64,000 nucleotides of DNA, taken from positions 82,192-146,191 of the forward strand of contig CAWJGT010000007.1 in the NCBI GenBank assembly GCA_963842525.1, read 5' to 3'. This document shows, piece by piece, positions 1 through 8,749 of the stretch. The stretch's first letter is position 1, and every line of letters starts with the position of its first letter. Source of the stretch: an uncultured Holophagales bacterium. Lineage in GTDB: Bacteria > Acidobacteriota > Thermoanaerobaculia > Multivoradales > UBA5704. Position numbers and translations under genes: made by a program. The notes below the pieces were generated by a model, which worked only from the letters and a program-made list of their open reading frames with translations, searched no databases and was not told where the DNA came from.

Positions 1-524
1 CCACTCCCCAGGGGAGGCAGACGATCTTGGGATCTTTCTCATCCAGCCACCGGGACTGGGAGGGATAGATCGGATTGGTGACCACAATGCGGTCCGCCCT
101 GGCCAGCAGGCGAGGGAGGAAGACGCGGTTGTAGACGCCTGCAAGCAGGCCCTTCGAGCCCTTCTCCGATCAGGTCGTTGTGGTAGGTGAGGACCAGGGG
201 CACGCCAAGGTCACGGCTGGCCGCCGCCGCGGCGTCGGCGAAGAGGGCGGTCGGCAGGTGCGTGTGGATCACGTCCGGACGCGGCCCGCGCCGCAGCGCC
301 GCTCCGAGCCCGCGGGCGAGGTTCGTGTTGCCGATCTTTCCCCGCCAGGGGAGGCGGACCACCTCGACGGCATCCACCCGGCCAGGCGAGCCGGCGGGCT
401 CGTCGGCGCAGACCACCCGCACTTCGTGGCCGCGCTCGGCCAGGCGCCGGGCCACGTGGTAGACCGTGTTCTCCACCCCGCCGACGTATGGGGGATAGCG
501 GACCACTACCTCGAGGATGCGCAT
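1..524 (-). CDS. Glycosyltransferase family 4 protein, N-terminal part; probable indel near 160; runs off the window
   Basis: MRILEV..YPPYVGGVE, GHEVRVV, PDVIHTH and PLVLTYHND are typical GT4 N-terminal motifs; the sequence becomes non-homologous after ~120 aa. Confidence 0.8.
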
Positions 525-531
525 GGAGGTG

Positions 532-1422
532 TCAGAGGCGCGGCATGACGCCGCCGCGGTAGACGATCCAGACCACCGCGAGCCCCCAGAGCACGATGTT
601 GATCAGGAACGGCGGATCTCTGAGAATGGCCTCCGTCGGGTTGCGCTCCCCCGGGCTCTGGTACATCAGGTAGAGATAGCGGAAGATCCCGTAGAGCACC
701 AGCGGGATGGTGTAGACCAGGTCCTGGGTGTGGTACTTCTCCACGGTCTCCGGGGCGACGCAGTAGAGGGCATAGGAGACCACGGCCGAAGCCGTCACCA
801 CGTTGATCATCTGGTCGAGGAAGGCGGGGCTGTAGTGGTCGAGCACCCGCCTCTGGCTGGCGGCCTGGCCGGCCAGCAGGGTGATCTCGTGCCGGCGCTT
901 CGAGAAGGCGAGGAACAGGGCGAGGAAGATGGTGCAGAGGAACAGCCAGCGCGACACCTCGACGTCCGTCGCCTCGGCCCCGGCGAGCACCCGCAGCACG
1001 AAGCCCAGGCTGATGGACATGACGTCCAGGATCACCATGTGCTTGAGCCAGTGGGTGTAGAGCAGGTTGATGACGAGGTATGTGGCGAGGATCAGGGTGA
1101 AGGCCGTGCCCAGCCACAGGGCCAGGGCCAGGGCCGCCGCGCCGAGCAGCACGGTGGCGACGACCGCGGCCGGCACCCCGAGCGTGCCCGCGGCGAGAGG
1201 CCGCAGCCGCTTGACCGGATGGCGGCGGTCCTCCTCCCGGTCCCGCATGTCGTTGATCAGGTAGACGGTGCTCGACGCCAGGCAGAAGGCGACCAGGGCG
1301 ACCAGGGCGCGGGTCAGCGCGCCGGGGTCCTCCAGCAGGTGCCCGAACACCAGCGGCGCGAGCACGAACAGGTTCTTGGCCCATTGGGCGGGCCGCAGCG
1401 ATTGGACGAGAGGACGAATCAC
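532..1422 (-). CDS. UbiA-family prenyltransferase (decaprenyl-phosphate phosphoribosyltransferase-like)
   Basis: RPAQWAKN, YLINDMRDREEDRRHPVKRLRPLAAG, FSKRRHE; multiple hydrophobic helices. Confidence 0.9.
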   Translation of the reverse strand: MIRPLVQSLRPAQWAKNLFVLAPLVFGHLLEDPGALTRALVALVAFCLASSTVYLINDMRDREEDRRHPVKRLRPLAAGTLGVPAAVVATVLLGAAALALALWLGTAFTLILATYLVINLLYTHWLKHMVILDVMSISLGFVLRVLAGAEATDVEVSRWLFLCTIFLALFLAFSKRRHEITLLAGQAASQRRVLDHYSPAFLDQMINVVTASAVVSYALYCVAPETVEKYHTQDLVYTIPLVLYGIFRYLYLMYQSPGERNPTEAILRDPPFLINIVLWGLAVVWIVYRGGVMPRL

Positions 1423-1484
1423 GGCGCGCTATTGTAAGGGGAACGATGGAGATCAACAGCGAAGAACCTGACGGCGGGCCTCCG

Positions 1485-1634
1485 GACCCCTCACCCCCGG
1501 CCCCTCTCCCATCCCCTCCCAACCCACCGGGAGAGGGGAGAGCCTCGGCAACAGACGAGGACCATCTGACCTTGCCCCCTCTCCCGGAAGGGCGGGAGGG
1601 GGTGGGAGAGGGGGGCCAGGGGGGTCGAGGGGCC
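1485..1634. repeat. REP-like inverted doublet, family A (CCCTCACCCC..CCCTCTCCC..GGGAGAGGG)
   Basis: The two arms are reverse-complementary; related copies at 3979-4252, 24356-24420 and 38065-38267. Confidence 0.8.
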
Positions 1635-1755
1635 AGGCCGCCGCCGCTTCGTCCTCTTCTACGCCGTTCCGCTCCTCCTTCTGCTGGCCTGGATCGCCCT
1701 GCCGCTCGCCCGCGGCCTGGAGACCCTCTACCTGCGGGACGTCCTCAACACCCAC

Positions 1756-4008
1756 ATGCCGATGAAATGGTCGCAGGCGGAGGCGATGTGGAACGGCTAC
1801 TTCCCGGTCATCGACCCATACCGGGCCGGCGGGCAGCCCCTGGCAGGCAATCCAAACGCCGTGCCGTTCTATCCGACCAACCTCCTCTACCTGATGGGCT
1901 CGCCGTTCTGGGCACTCAACGCCCACTTCTGGATCCACCTGCTCCTGGCGCCCCTGACCTTCTTCTGGATGGCGCGGAGCTGGGGCCTCGCCCGCGAGCC
2001 GGCCTGGGCCGCCGCGGTCTGCTACACGGCCGGCGGCTTCTACCTGTCGCACCTGTCGTTCTACAACCTGATCCCGGCGGCGACCCTGGCGCCGGCGTTC
2101 GTGGCCGCCTCCCTGGACTTCGCCGCGGGGCGCCGGCGGCGGCTGATGGCGCCGCTCCTCGCCGTGCTCTGGGCCTTGATCCTCCTCGGCGGCGAGCCGC
2201 TGATGATGGTCCTCTCGGGGCTGCTTGCCGGCACGGGCGCGCTGGTGGCCGGGCTGCTGCGGTCGATTCGCCCCCTGAAGGTGGAATGGCGGGCGGCCTT
2301 CGTGTTCGCCGCGGCGCTGGGAATCGGCACGCTGATCGCGCTGCCGCAGATCACCGAGTTCCTGCGCATCCTGCCGTTGTCGTTCCGCGGCCATTGGGGC
2401 TACACCCGCGAGCTCGCCACGGTGGCGAGCTTCGACCCGCGCCAGCTCCTCGAATGGCTGATCCCCTTCGCCTACGGCCGGCCGGACCGGCTGGAGCTCG
2501 GCAGCTTCTGGGGAAGCCGCTTCTACACGGACACGCCGCCTTATTACCTCTCTCTCTATCCGGGCCTGCTGGTCCTGGCGCTGATCGCTGCGGCGGGCCG
2601 GCCGCGGAGCCGCGCGGCCTGGTGGGCATGGGCGGGGATCGTCCTGGGCGTGTTCGTCTCGCTCGGGCGGTTCAATCCGCTGGTCGCCTGGGTCTTCGGC
2701 GGCAAGGGCTCGTTCCGCTATCCGGTGAAGTTCTGGCTTCCGGTCGCCGTGGGCATGGCGCTCCTCGCAGGGATCGGCTTCGCGCGGCTCTGGGTCGAGA
2801 AGGACGAGGGCGCCCGCCGTCGCTTCCGATGGGCGCTCACCGGCCTCGCCGTCGGCCTCGGCGGCCTCTGGGCCTTCCTTTCCTTCTACACCGAGCCGGC
2901 CCGGTCCTGGCTGCGCCAGCTCATGCCGAAGGCGTCGAATGCCGCCGCGGTCGACTTCGAACGGGTGCGCTGGGCCGGACTGTGCCTGCTTTCGCTGGTC
3001 CTGATCGGAGCCCTGGCCGGCTTCGCCCGGCTGGCCGCCCGCCGCCCCTTTGCCGGCGGCGCGCTCCTGTTGGCCGTGCACGCCCTGGCGGGCGTCCTGC
3101 TGCTGCGCCCGCTCTACCCGATGGACGCGGTCGTCCCGTACCGGGTGCCGCCGCCGGCCTTGGAGCACGTACCGGCGGACCTGCCGGTGCTCAACCCCGA
3201 CTTCAACTATCTCTTCGGGCCGTCGACCCTGAAACAGGGGAACTTCCCCACCAACGAGTCGCGCTGGACGGAGCGCCGGGCCTTCTACGAGCTCTATCCG
3301 ATCACCGGCCCGATGTGGAAGCGGCGGTATGAGCTGAACGTCTCGGCCGAGGGGTTGGACACGTTCCTGACCCGCATGGCGCAGGGGGTGATCAAGGGAG
3401 CGGACAACGAGAAGCGTTTCCGCATGCTGGCCGCCTGGGGGGTCGGCCGGGTGGTGATCAACCATCCGGTGGAGCCGCTGCCGCCGCGCGCCAGGTTATT
3501 GGCGCAGATCCCGAGCTTCGGCCGGACGCTCTTCATCTACGAGGTGCTGGACCGCGCACCGGAGGTCTTCCTGGCCCGCCGCGTCTTCCCCGCGCCACAC
3601 CTGAACGCCGGCTTCGCGCTGCTGGGAGACCCCGCCTTCGATGCCCGGAGCGACGTGGTCATCCCAGGCAAGGCGGGTCCGCCGATCCCGCGCGGCGGCG
3701 GGACCGTGCGGGTCCTGCGCAAGGGTCCCGAGAGCCTGGAGGTGGAGACGGTGGCGGGCCCGGGCGGCAGCATCCTGGTCGTCCAGCGGGCCGACCTCCT
3801 CTACGAAGCGGAGGTGGACGGCAAGCCGGCCAAGGTGCTCACCGCCAATTTCCACCGCATGGGCGTCGAGGTTCCGGCCGGCCGGCACCGTGTCCGCTTC
3901 TGGATCGACCGACGGCCGCTGGTGCGCTCCGCCCTGATCGCGGGCCTCGCCCTGGCCTTCCTGCCGGTTCTGGCATGGGCCTCATCCCCTGTCCCCCATA
4001 CGCGCTAA
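1756..4008 (+). CDS. YfhO-like polytopic membrane protein (GT-C type); true start probably upstream (1446 region, interrupted by the REP or an indel)
   Basis: GQPLAGNPNAVPFYP, many TM helices, C-terminal VDGKPAKVLTAN..GVEVPAGRHRVRF. Confidence 0.75.
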   Translation: MPMKWSQAEAMWNGYFPVIDPYRAGGQPLAGNPNAVPFYPTNLLYLMGSPFWALNAHFWIHLLLAPLTFFWMARSWGLAREPAWAAAVCYTAGGFYLSHLSFYNLIPAATLAPAFVAASLDFAAGRRRRLMAPLLAVLWALILLGGEPLMMVLSGLLAGTGALVAGLLRSIRPLKVEWRAAFVFAAALGIGTLIALPQITEFLRILPLSFRGHWGYTRELATVASFDPRQLLEWLIPFAYGRPDRLELGSFWGSRFYTDTPPYYLSLYPGLLVLALIAAAGRPRSRAAWWAWAGIVLGVFVSLGRFNPLVAWVFGGKGSFRYPVKFWLPVAVGMALLAGIGFARLWVEKDEGARRRFRWALTGLAVGLGGLWAFLSFYTEPARSWLRQLMPKASNAAAVDFERVRWAGLCLLSLVLIGALAGFARLAARRPFAGGALLLAVHALAGVLLLRPLYPMDAVVPYRVPPPALEHVPADLPVLNPDFNYLFGPSTLKQGNFPTNESRWTERRAFYELYPITGPMWKRRYELNVSAEGLDTFLTRMAQGVIKGADNEKRFRMLAAWGVGRVVINHPVEPLPPRARLLAQIPSFGRTLFIYEVLDRAPEVFLARRVFPAPHLNAGFALLGDPAFDARSDVVIPGKAGPPIPRGGGTVRVLRKGPESLEVETVAGPGGSILVVQRADLLYEAEVDGKPAKVLTANFHRMGVEVPAGRHRVRFWIDRRPLVRSALIAGLALAFLPVLAWASSPVPHTR

Positions 4009-4203
4009 CTTTGCTCTGGGAGGGGAGGGTGGCCCTGGGAGCGCCGGCGTCCCGCCGGCTCTCCACGAGGCCATGGAGGAGACGGAGCCGCCGACCGTTG
4101 GAGCGGCAGTGGTGCCTGGCGATGCCTCAGCGGCCGACGAAGCTCCGGGCCGGCGAGACGCCGGCGCTCCCAGGGTTCCTCCGGCGTAAAGTTAGCGCCT
4201 ATG
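3997..4203. mobile_element. MITE-like element with 16-bp TIRs and an ~11-bp target duplication, carrying a family B REP doublet
   Basis: CATACGCGCTAACTTT (3997-4012) and AAAGTTAGCGCCTATG (4188-4203); CCCCTGTCCCC at 3986-3996 and 4205-4215. Confidence 0.75.
4023..4178. repeat. REP doublet family B (CCTGGGAGCGCCGGCGTCCCGCCGGC ... GCCGGCGAGACGCCGGCGCTCCCAGG)
   Basis: Internal inverted repeat; a highly similar inverted copy lies at 56225-56380. Confidence 0.85.
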
Positions 4204-4627
4204 CCCCCTGTCCCCCTCTCCCATCTCCCTCCCACCGACCGGGAGAGGGGGAATTTCTAGATGTAAGTAGCTGAAAACATGTAGCTTATGGGAATCTCTC
4301 GGGGCCTCTAGGGAACAACTAGGGAGCAGCGCGTCCACAGACCTAAGTCTATCCCTTCGGAGGCCCAGGACGGCGCACGCCTCCCCGAGTCGGGACTTCC
4401 GCCCCCCGCCGGACAGTCGCCGGCCCGCGGGGGCCGCCCTCTAGCGGGGTAGTCTCCAGCCAGCCCTTGCCCTACCTTGGAACAGAGCTGAGCCTGTAGC
4501 TACGGACATGGAACCGACGCCGGGCGAAGCTGAAGCCGTCCCGGCGTGGCTCTACTGCCATAACTGCCCGCCTGAGCGGGGGTGTGGCCGAGGGGGCAAA
4601 GGGCCCCCTTGGCGGGTGGGGGGACGA

Positions 4628-5062
4628 CTAGCGTAGCCGCTCGTCCCCGGCCGATCGATCATCGAGCCATGCGGCTTCAACCATGAGCATGATGGCGACG
4701 GGCGTTTCGATGGTCAGCGGCTCCCGGAGGGGAATCTGCTCGAAGACGTGTCGGAGGTGAGCCGGCGCGGTTGGCAAACTGGCAAAGGGGGCGAACCCCG
4801 CCTCGACGGTGCCGACGACCTGGACGGTAAGAAATCGGACAAGCTCGGACAGCAGAGCCTCCCGTCGGGTCGCGGCGGTGGCCAGATCGTGCTCAAGCAC
4901 CTGGGCTATCCAGAACTTTCCCTCGCGAAAGAGGAGGGCGTGGAGCTTGAAAGCGTGCACCAGGGCGGGTTCGGAGAGATCGGAGGCGCCCTGGGGAGCG
5001 TCCGCAAGAGCCCCTCCCGCCTCATATGAGGACGGCGGGGCTTCATTTCGGGTCGATGTCAA
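4628..5062 (-). CDS. Hypothetical protein, HicB-like fold suspected
   Basis: LHALLFREGKFWIAQVLEHDLATAATRREALLSEL resembles a HicB N-terminal beta-beta-alpha unit; start overlaps the upstream gene. Confidence 0.5.
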   Translation of the reverse strand: MTSTRNEAPPSSYEAGGALADAPQGASDLSEPALVHAFKLHALLFREGKFWIAQVLEHDLATAATRREALLSELVRFLTVQVVGTVEAGFAPFASLPTAPAHLRHVFEQIPLREPLTIETPVAIMLMVEAAWLDDRSAGDERLR

Positions 5063-5661
5063 AGAGCAGCCCTGCCCGGATCGTGAGGTAGAGCTGGATG
5101 GGATGTTCCATCAGTGGCGGCTCGCCGGCCGACCTCGCTGATGCGGTGCCGTGGACGGCGCCGGCGTCTCCCGAGCTTCTGCTCCAACACGTCGCCCATA
5201 ACACCGAGAAGGCCACCAAGCCCCACCACCACGTCGAGCAATCGCTGCTCCGATGGCGTCTTGGGGAATCCAGCGGCATCGATAAGGACGCAGACACCTT
5301 CAACATAGCGTAGATCGGCCAGCAGCCTCTCGACATCCGCTCGCACGGAAACATCCGGGCTCCCCATCGGGCCGTCCAGCAACTCGGGGTCGGCAAACAC
5401 GAGCTTCCACAGGAAATTGCCAAGAACACGGAAATTGGCTTCTTGGGCAGGTGGTAGGTATTGCAGAAAGCGCTCTCTGAATGGTGCGAACTCGCTGAAG
5501 CTGCCTGGGCTGCTCCGCACGAGGTGATCCGCCAGGGCAGCGCTCTGGTCGACTTCGACCTGCTCGCGCACCAGCGCGAACACCTCCTCAACCGACTCGC
5601 GAAGGTCAGGAAGTTTCTCGACGCGTGGGTTCTGAGATTCCTCTATGGGTTTGCCGCTCAT
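5059..5661 (-). CDS. Hypothetical protein
   Basis: Open frame with normal composition; its start abuts the stop of the upstream HTH gene. Confidence 0.5.
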   Translation of the reverse strand: MSGKPIEESQNPRVEKLPDLRESVEEVFALVREQVEVDQSAALADHLVRSSPGSFSEFAPFRERFLQYLPPAQEANFRVLGNFLWKLVFADPELLDGPMGSPDVSVRADVERLLADLRYVEGVCVLIDAAGFPKTPSEQRLLDVVVGLGGLLGVMGDVLEQKLGRRRRRPRHRISEVGRRAATDGTSHPALPHDPGRAAL

Positions 5662-6065
5662 CAGACCTTCCCTTCTGTGTTGTCCTTGAGCCACCCGGCG
5701 ACGCGCCCCTCGACGGCGGCCCGAAAGAGATTGAAGACGTCTTGCATGATCTGCGTGTATGCCACCGCCTCGCGTCGCGAGAGGAGCGGCCCGAAGGTCG
5801 CCTCTCCCTCAAGGGCCGGCAGCTCCTCCAGCGCCTGGGTACCGGCCGAGATCAGGTGTTCCACGTAGAAGAAGGCCAACGCATCGACCTGGAGCACCTC
5901 CAGCACCTTGGCCAGGGAATCGAGCTTCGGAAGCTCCTTGCCCCTTTCGTATTTGGAGAGCTGGCTTTTGCCGAGTCCCGCTTGCCGGGCCAGCTCGGCC
6001 TGGCTCATTCCAGCGTGCTCGCGAATCATTCGTAGAGCCTGTCCCAGGTGCTCGAACATGGTCAC
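5661..6065 (-). CDS. XRE-family HTH transcriptional regulator
   Basis: LRMIREHAGMSQAELARQAGLGKSQLSKYERGKELPKLDSL. Confidence 0.9.
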   Translation of the reverse strand: MTMFEHLGQALRMIREHAGMSQAELARQAGLGKSQLSKYERGKELPKLDSLAKVLEVLQVDALAFFYVEHLISAGTQALEELPALEGEATFGPLLSRREAVAYTQIMQDVFNLFRAAVEGRVAGWLKDNTEGKV

Positions 6066-6067
6066 TC

Positions 6068-7462
6068 CTAGACGAACGGCAGCGGCTCGACACGGTAGCC
6101 ATGAAACCGGAAGCTCCGACGGAGGAAAAGAGCAAGCTCCACCTCCAGGGTCCGCAAGTCTGTCTCTCCCTCGGCCTCATGACGAAGCCGAAGGAGAGCC
6201 TTCCGGGTCGCGGCAAGCCCCTCCCGGCCGGCGAAGGTGGTCTCGACCTCCTCCACCAGACGATCGATGCCGGCCGACTCCTTCGAGCGGGCCAGCAGCA
6301 GTGCGAGATCGAACGAGGACAGAGCCGTTTCGGGGAAAAGGTCAGCGGCTGCGAGCTTGCGGCGCACCGATTCCAGCAACTCGCGGGCCTCCGGGGTGCC
6401 CAGGCGAGTGCCTACCCGGGCCTCCATCCAAAAGGAGACGAGCAGCTCCGCGGGATGCTTCACCAGCTCGCGAAGTCGCAGACTCTCCTGCGAAGTCCGG
6501 CGGGCTCGCCCCCCCTGCCCCAGGTCCGCCCAGGAGAACGCCAGGGCCAGCCCAGACCGCAACGCGAGCCAGCCGAGCCGCGCCGGGTCTATCACCAACC
6601 GTGCTCGCTGGAGCGGGCTCAGTGCTGTGCCGGTATCGCCCTGCTCGCAATAGAGAAGCCCGAGCAGAGCCAGACAGATCCCCTCCTCTTCGACCAGCCC
6701 AAGCATGGCGAAGGACTCGGCGCCGTGGCGCAGCAGAGCCGCCGCCTCTTCGAGCCGCCCCTGCTCCCAGCGCAGGACAGCCAGAGCCCGGCAGAACCGG
6801 CCCCGGTCGGAGGATTCGAAGGGGCAGGCCAGGAAGAGAGCGGCCTTGTCGAAGGCCTGCTCGGCCCCAGCATCTCCCCGCAGTCGCCGGGAGCTTCCGA
6901 CGAGACACCAGGCGCGAGTCTCCAACATGGCGAGCACCCGCCCCTCCTCCTGCCCGTCGAGACAATGGACTATCGCGACGGCCAGAAGGGCGATCTCCTC
7001 GGCTCCTTTCGGCTCCCGCGGCACCCGGGTGAGGCTCGTTTCCAGCAGCAGTGCGATCAGATCGAGCCGGTGGAAGCGCGTCTCCTGCCGGGCAGTTTGG
7101 AGTTGGATCTCATGATCCAGGGCCAGCAGCTCGACCGCCAGCGCCTCGACCTCTTGGTCCCTCTTGGCGAGCCGCTCGAGGAGGTCTCTGGGGAAGGTCA
7201 CCACTTCACAGGGACTCGGGTAGGGCCCAACGATCCCGCCGGTGCGTTCCTCGAACAGCTCTACCACTGCGAGATCCCGGCACACTGGGCAGGTCAGTAG
7301 ATGCAGAAGGAAGGGCTCCTGAGCGGGCGGCAGCCTCGCCACCAGCCGCCGCATCTCGTCGATGTGCAACGGGTTTCTCAACCCTGCGTACCCTCCTGCG
7401 CCGGAGATCCACCTTCCGGCAGCCAGCTCGCCAAGCCGCTCCCGCACCACATGCTCAGTCAT
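6068..7462 (-). CDS. TPR-repeat protein with an N-terminal HxxxCxxC (anti-sigma-like zinc) motif
   Basis: HLLTCPVC followed by TPR-like helices (LAVLRWEQGRLEEAAALL, LGLLYCEQGDTGTAL). Confidence 0.75.
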   Translation of the reverse strand: MTEHVVRERLGELAAGRWISGAGGYAGLRNPLHIDEMRRLVARLPPAQEPFLLHLLTCPVCRDLAVVELFEERTGGIVGPYPSPCEVVTFPRDLLERLAKRDQEVEALAVELLALDHEIQLQTARQETRFHRLDLIALLLETSLTRVPREPKGAEEIALLAVAIVHCLDGQEEGRVLAMLETRAWCLVGSSRRLRGDAGAEQAFDKAALFLACPFESSDRGRFCRALAVLRWEQGRLEEAAALLRHGAESFAMLGLVEEEGICLALLGLLYCEQGDTGTALSPLQRARLVIDPARLGWLALRSGLALAFSWADLGQGGRARRTSQESLRLRELVKHPAELLVSFWMEARVGTRLGTPEARELLESVRRKLAAADLFPETALSSFDLALLLARSKESAGIDRLVEEVETTFAGREGLAATRKALLRLRHEAEGETDLRTLEVELALFLRRSFRFHGYRVEPLPFV

Positions 7463-7535
7463 GCCGGCTCATCCGCCGGGAACGCGCTTCCTGCGATTTG
7501 CTGCCGTCGCTGGCGGATAGGTTGTTACCGCTCAC

Positions 7536-7861
7536 CAGAATCCGTAGAAATCTGATCATCTGGTCGCCATGCGCAAGCGGAGGTAGCTGAGGTACCCAGC
7601 GTCGGTTGGGTTGAGACAAAACCGCCACCCGCTTATGCGAGGCTCCTGCTGTCTTTGGTGCCTCGGCTCTCCGTCCTCGGCGGGCTGCGGAAACTGCCCT
7701 GAAAACCCCGGCGGCCACCGGGGTTTTCTCTTTCCGCCCAAGCTCGGCAGAGCATACGCCCTCCCACCCGCCCCTCCCCCACACCCCCTCCCGCCGCGCT
7801 ACGCGCGGGATGATGACGCCGCTTGTCTCTCGACTTGATGATCAGATTTCTACGGATTCTG
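7536..7861. mobile_element. 326-bp segment bounded by perfect 25-bp inverted repeats (MITE or invertible DNA)
   Basis: CAGAATCCGTAGAAATCTGATCATC (7536-7560) is the exact reverse complement of 7837-7861. Confidence 0.7.
7701..7728. terminator. Strong hairpin, possible bidirectional terminator
   Basis: GAAAACCCCGG-CGGCCA-CCGGGGTTTTC. Confidence 0.5.
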
Positions 7862-8030
7862 ACGATCGCCTACAGATAGGTTTCGGCGCAAGAGTCTTGC
7901 GGTCAATCAGGGCGCAGCGGGGACACTCCAGCAGGTGGAGGACCAAACCGGCGTCCGGGATCGGCAGGGTCCGCAGCATCTCCCGCAGATCCCTTGCCAT
8001 TGGATGCTTGCCGCCCCGCCGCTCAGCCAT
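7842..8030 (-). CDS. Small protein with an HxxxCxxC motif; 3' end runs into the 25-bp inverted repeat
   Basis: LVLHLLECPRC; start overlaps the end of the upstream small gene. Confidence 0.5.
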   Translation of the reverse strand: MAERRGGKHPMARDLREMLRTLPIPDAGLVLHLLECPRCALIDRKTLAPKPICRRSSESVEI

Positions 8031-8235
8031 GCAGAACATCCTCCGGATCGAGGCGGTGGGTGCGCGGACGGTCGGCTATGCCCCAGTACGGCGCCACGAC
8101 CGCCACACAGTCCCGGCACCCGGTCAAGAGATGTCGGACGACCCGCATCCGCTCCGTGTTGCTCATTTCTCCTCGTAGAAAGCGCTCCAGGTCGCTCTCG
8201 CCGGGATGGGTGCGCCTTGCAGCCTGTCTCAACAT
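8023..8235 (-). CDS. Small zf-HC2 (anti-sigma zinc-finger-like) protein
   Basis: HPGESDLERFLRGEMSNTERMRVVRHLLTGCRDC. Confidence 0.7.
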   Translation of the reverse strand: MLRQAARRTHPGESDLERFLRGEMSNTERMRVVRHLLTGCRDCVAVVAPYWGIADRPRTHRLDPEDVLHG

Positions 8236-8558
8236 TCCACCTCCGGCCCGGCCGCCGCCGGGAACATTGCCTCAAGGGCTCTCTGGAGCCGGGCGGGCTC
8301 CCCGTGCATCACTGGATCTGGATAGGCGGCTTGGAAGAAGTTGGCTGGAGGGAGCTCTACAGCCGCCAGAATCGCGAGGACTTGATGAACCTTTAGCTCC
8401 CGCGAGCCGTGGAAAAGTCGACTTAGATACCCGCTGTGCGTGGAAAAGCCCATCCTCCGCTCGACTTCGCGATTGCTCAGGCCGGCGGCGCGGATCAACG
8501 CCCGAAGCATGGCCCGGAGGCGGCCGGCCTCACTCTCGATCTCGTCCCTCTTCAGCAT
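8229..8558 (-). CDS. XRE-like HTH protein
   Basis: LRALIRAAGLSNREVERRMGFSTHSGYLSRLFHGSRELKVHQVLAIL. Confidence 0.75.
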   Translation of the reverse strand: MLKRDEIESEAGRLRAMLRALIRAAGLSNREVERRMGFSTHSGYLSRLFHGSRELKVHQVLAILAAVELPPANFFQAAYPDPVMHGEPARLQRALEAMFPAAAGPEVEC

Positions 8559-8749
8559 GGCGGGAACGGTAGGAGCGCACTTGCTACGCCACCAGCGCGG
8601 GTGTACTTTTCCGGATTCGAAGATCAATCTATGTTTGACGGTCTCTGGAAGTCTCTTCTATGGTGCCCTGATTTCCGCTAGGCGTGTCCCGTTCTTCGAG
8701 CGGCGGACACCTTGGATTTAAGAAGAGCGGAAAACTCAGGAGGGGATGA

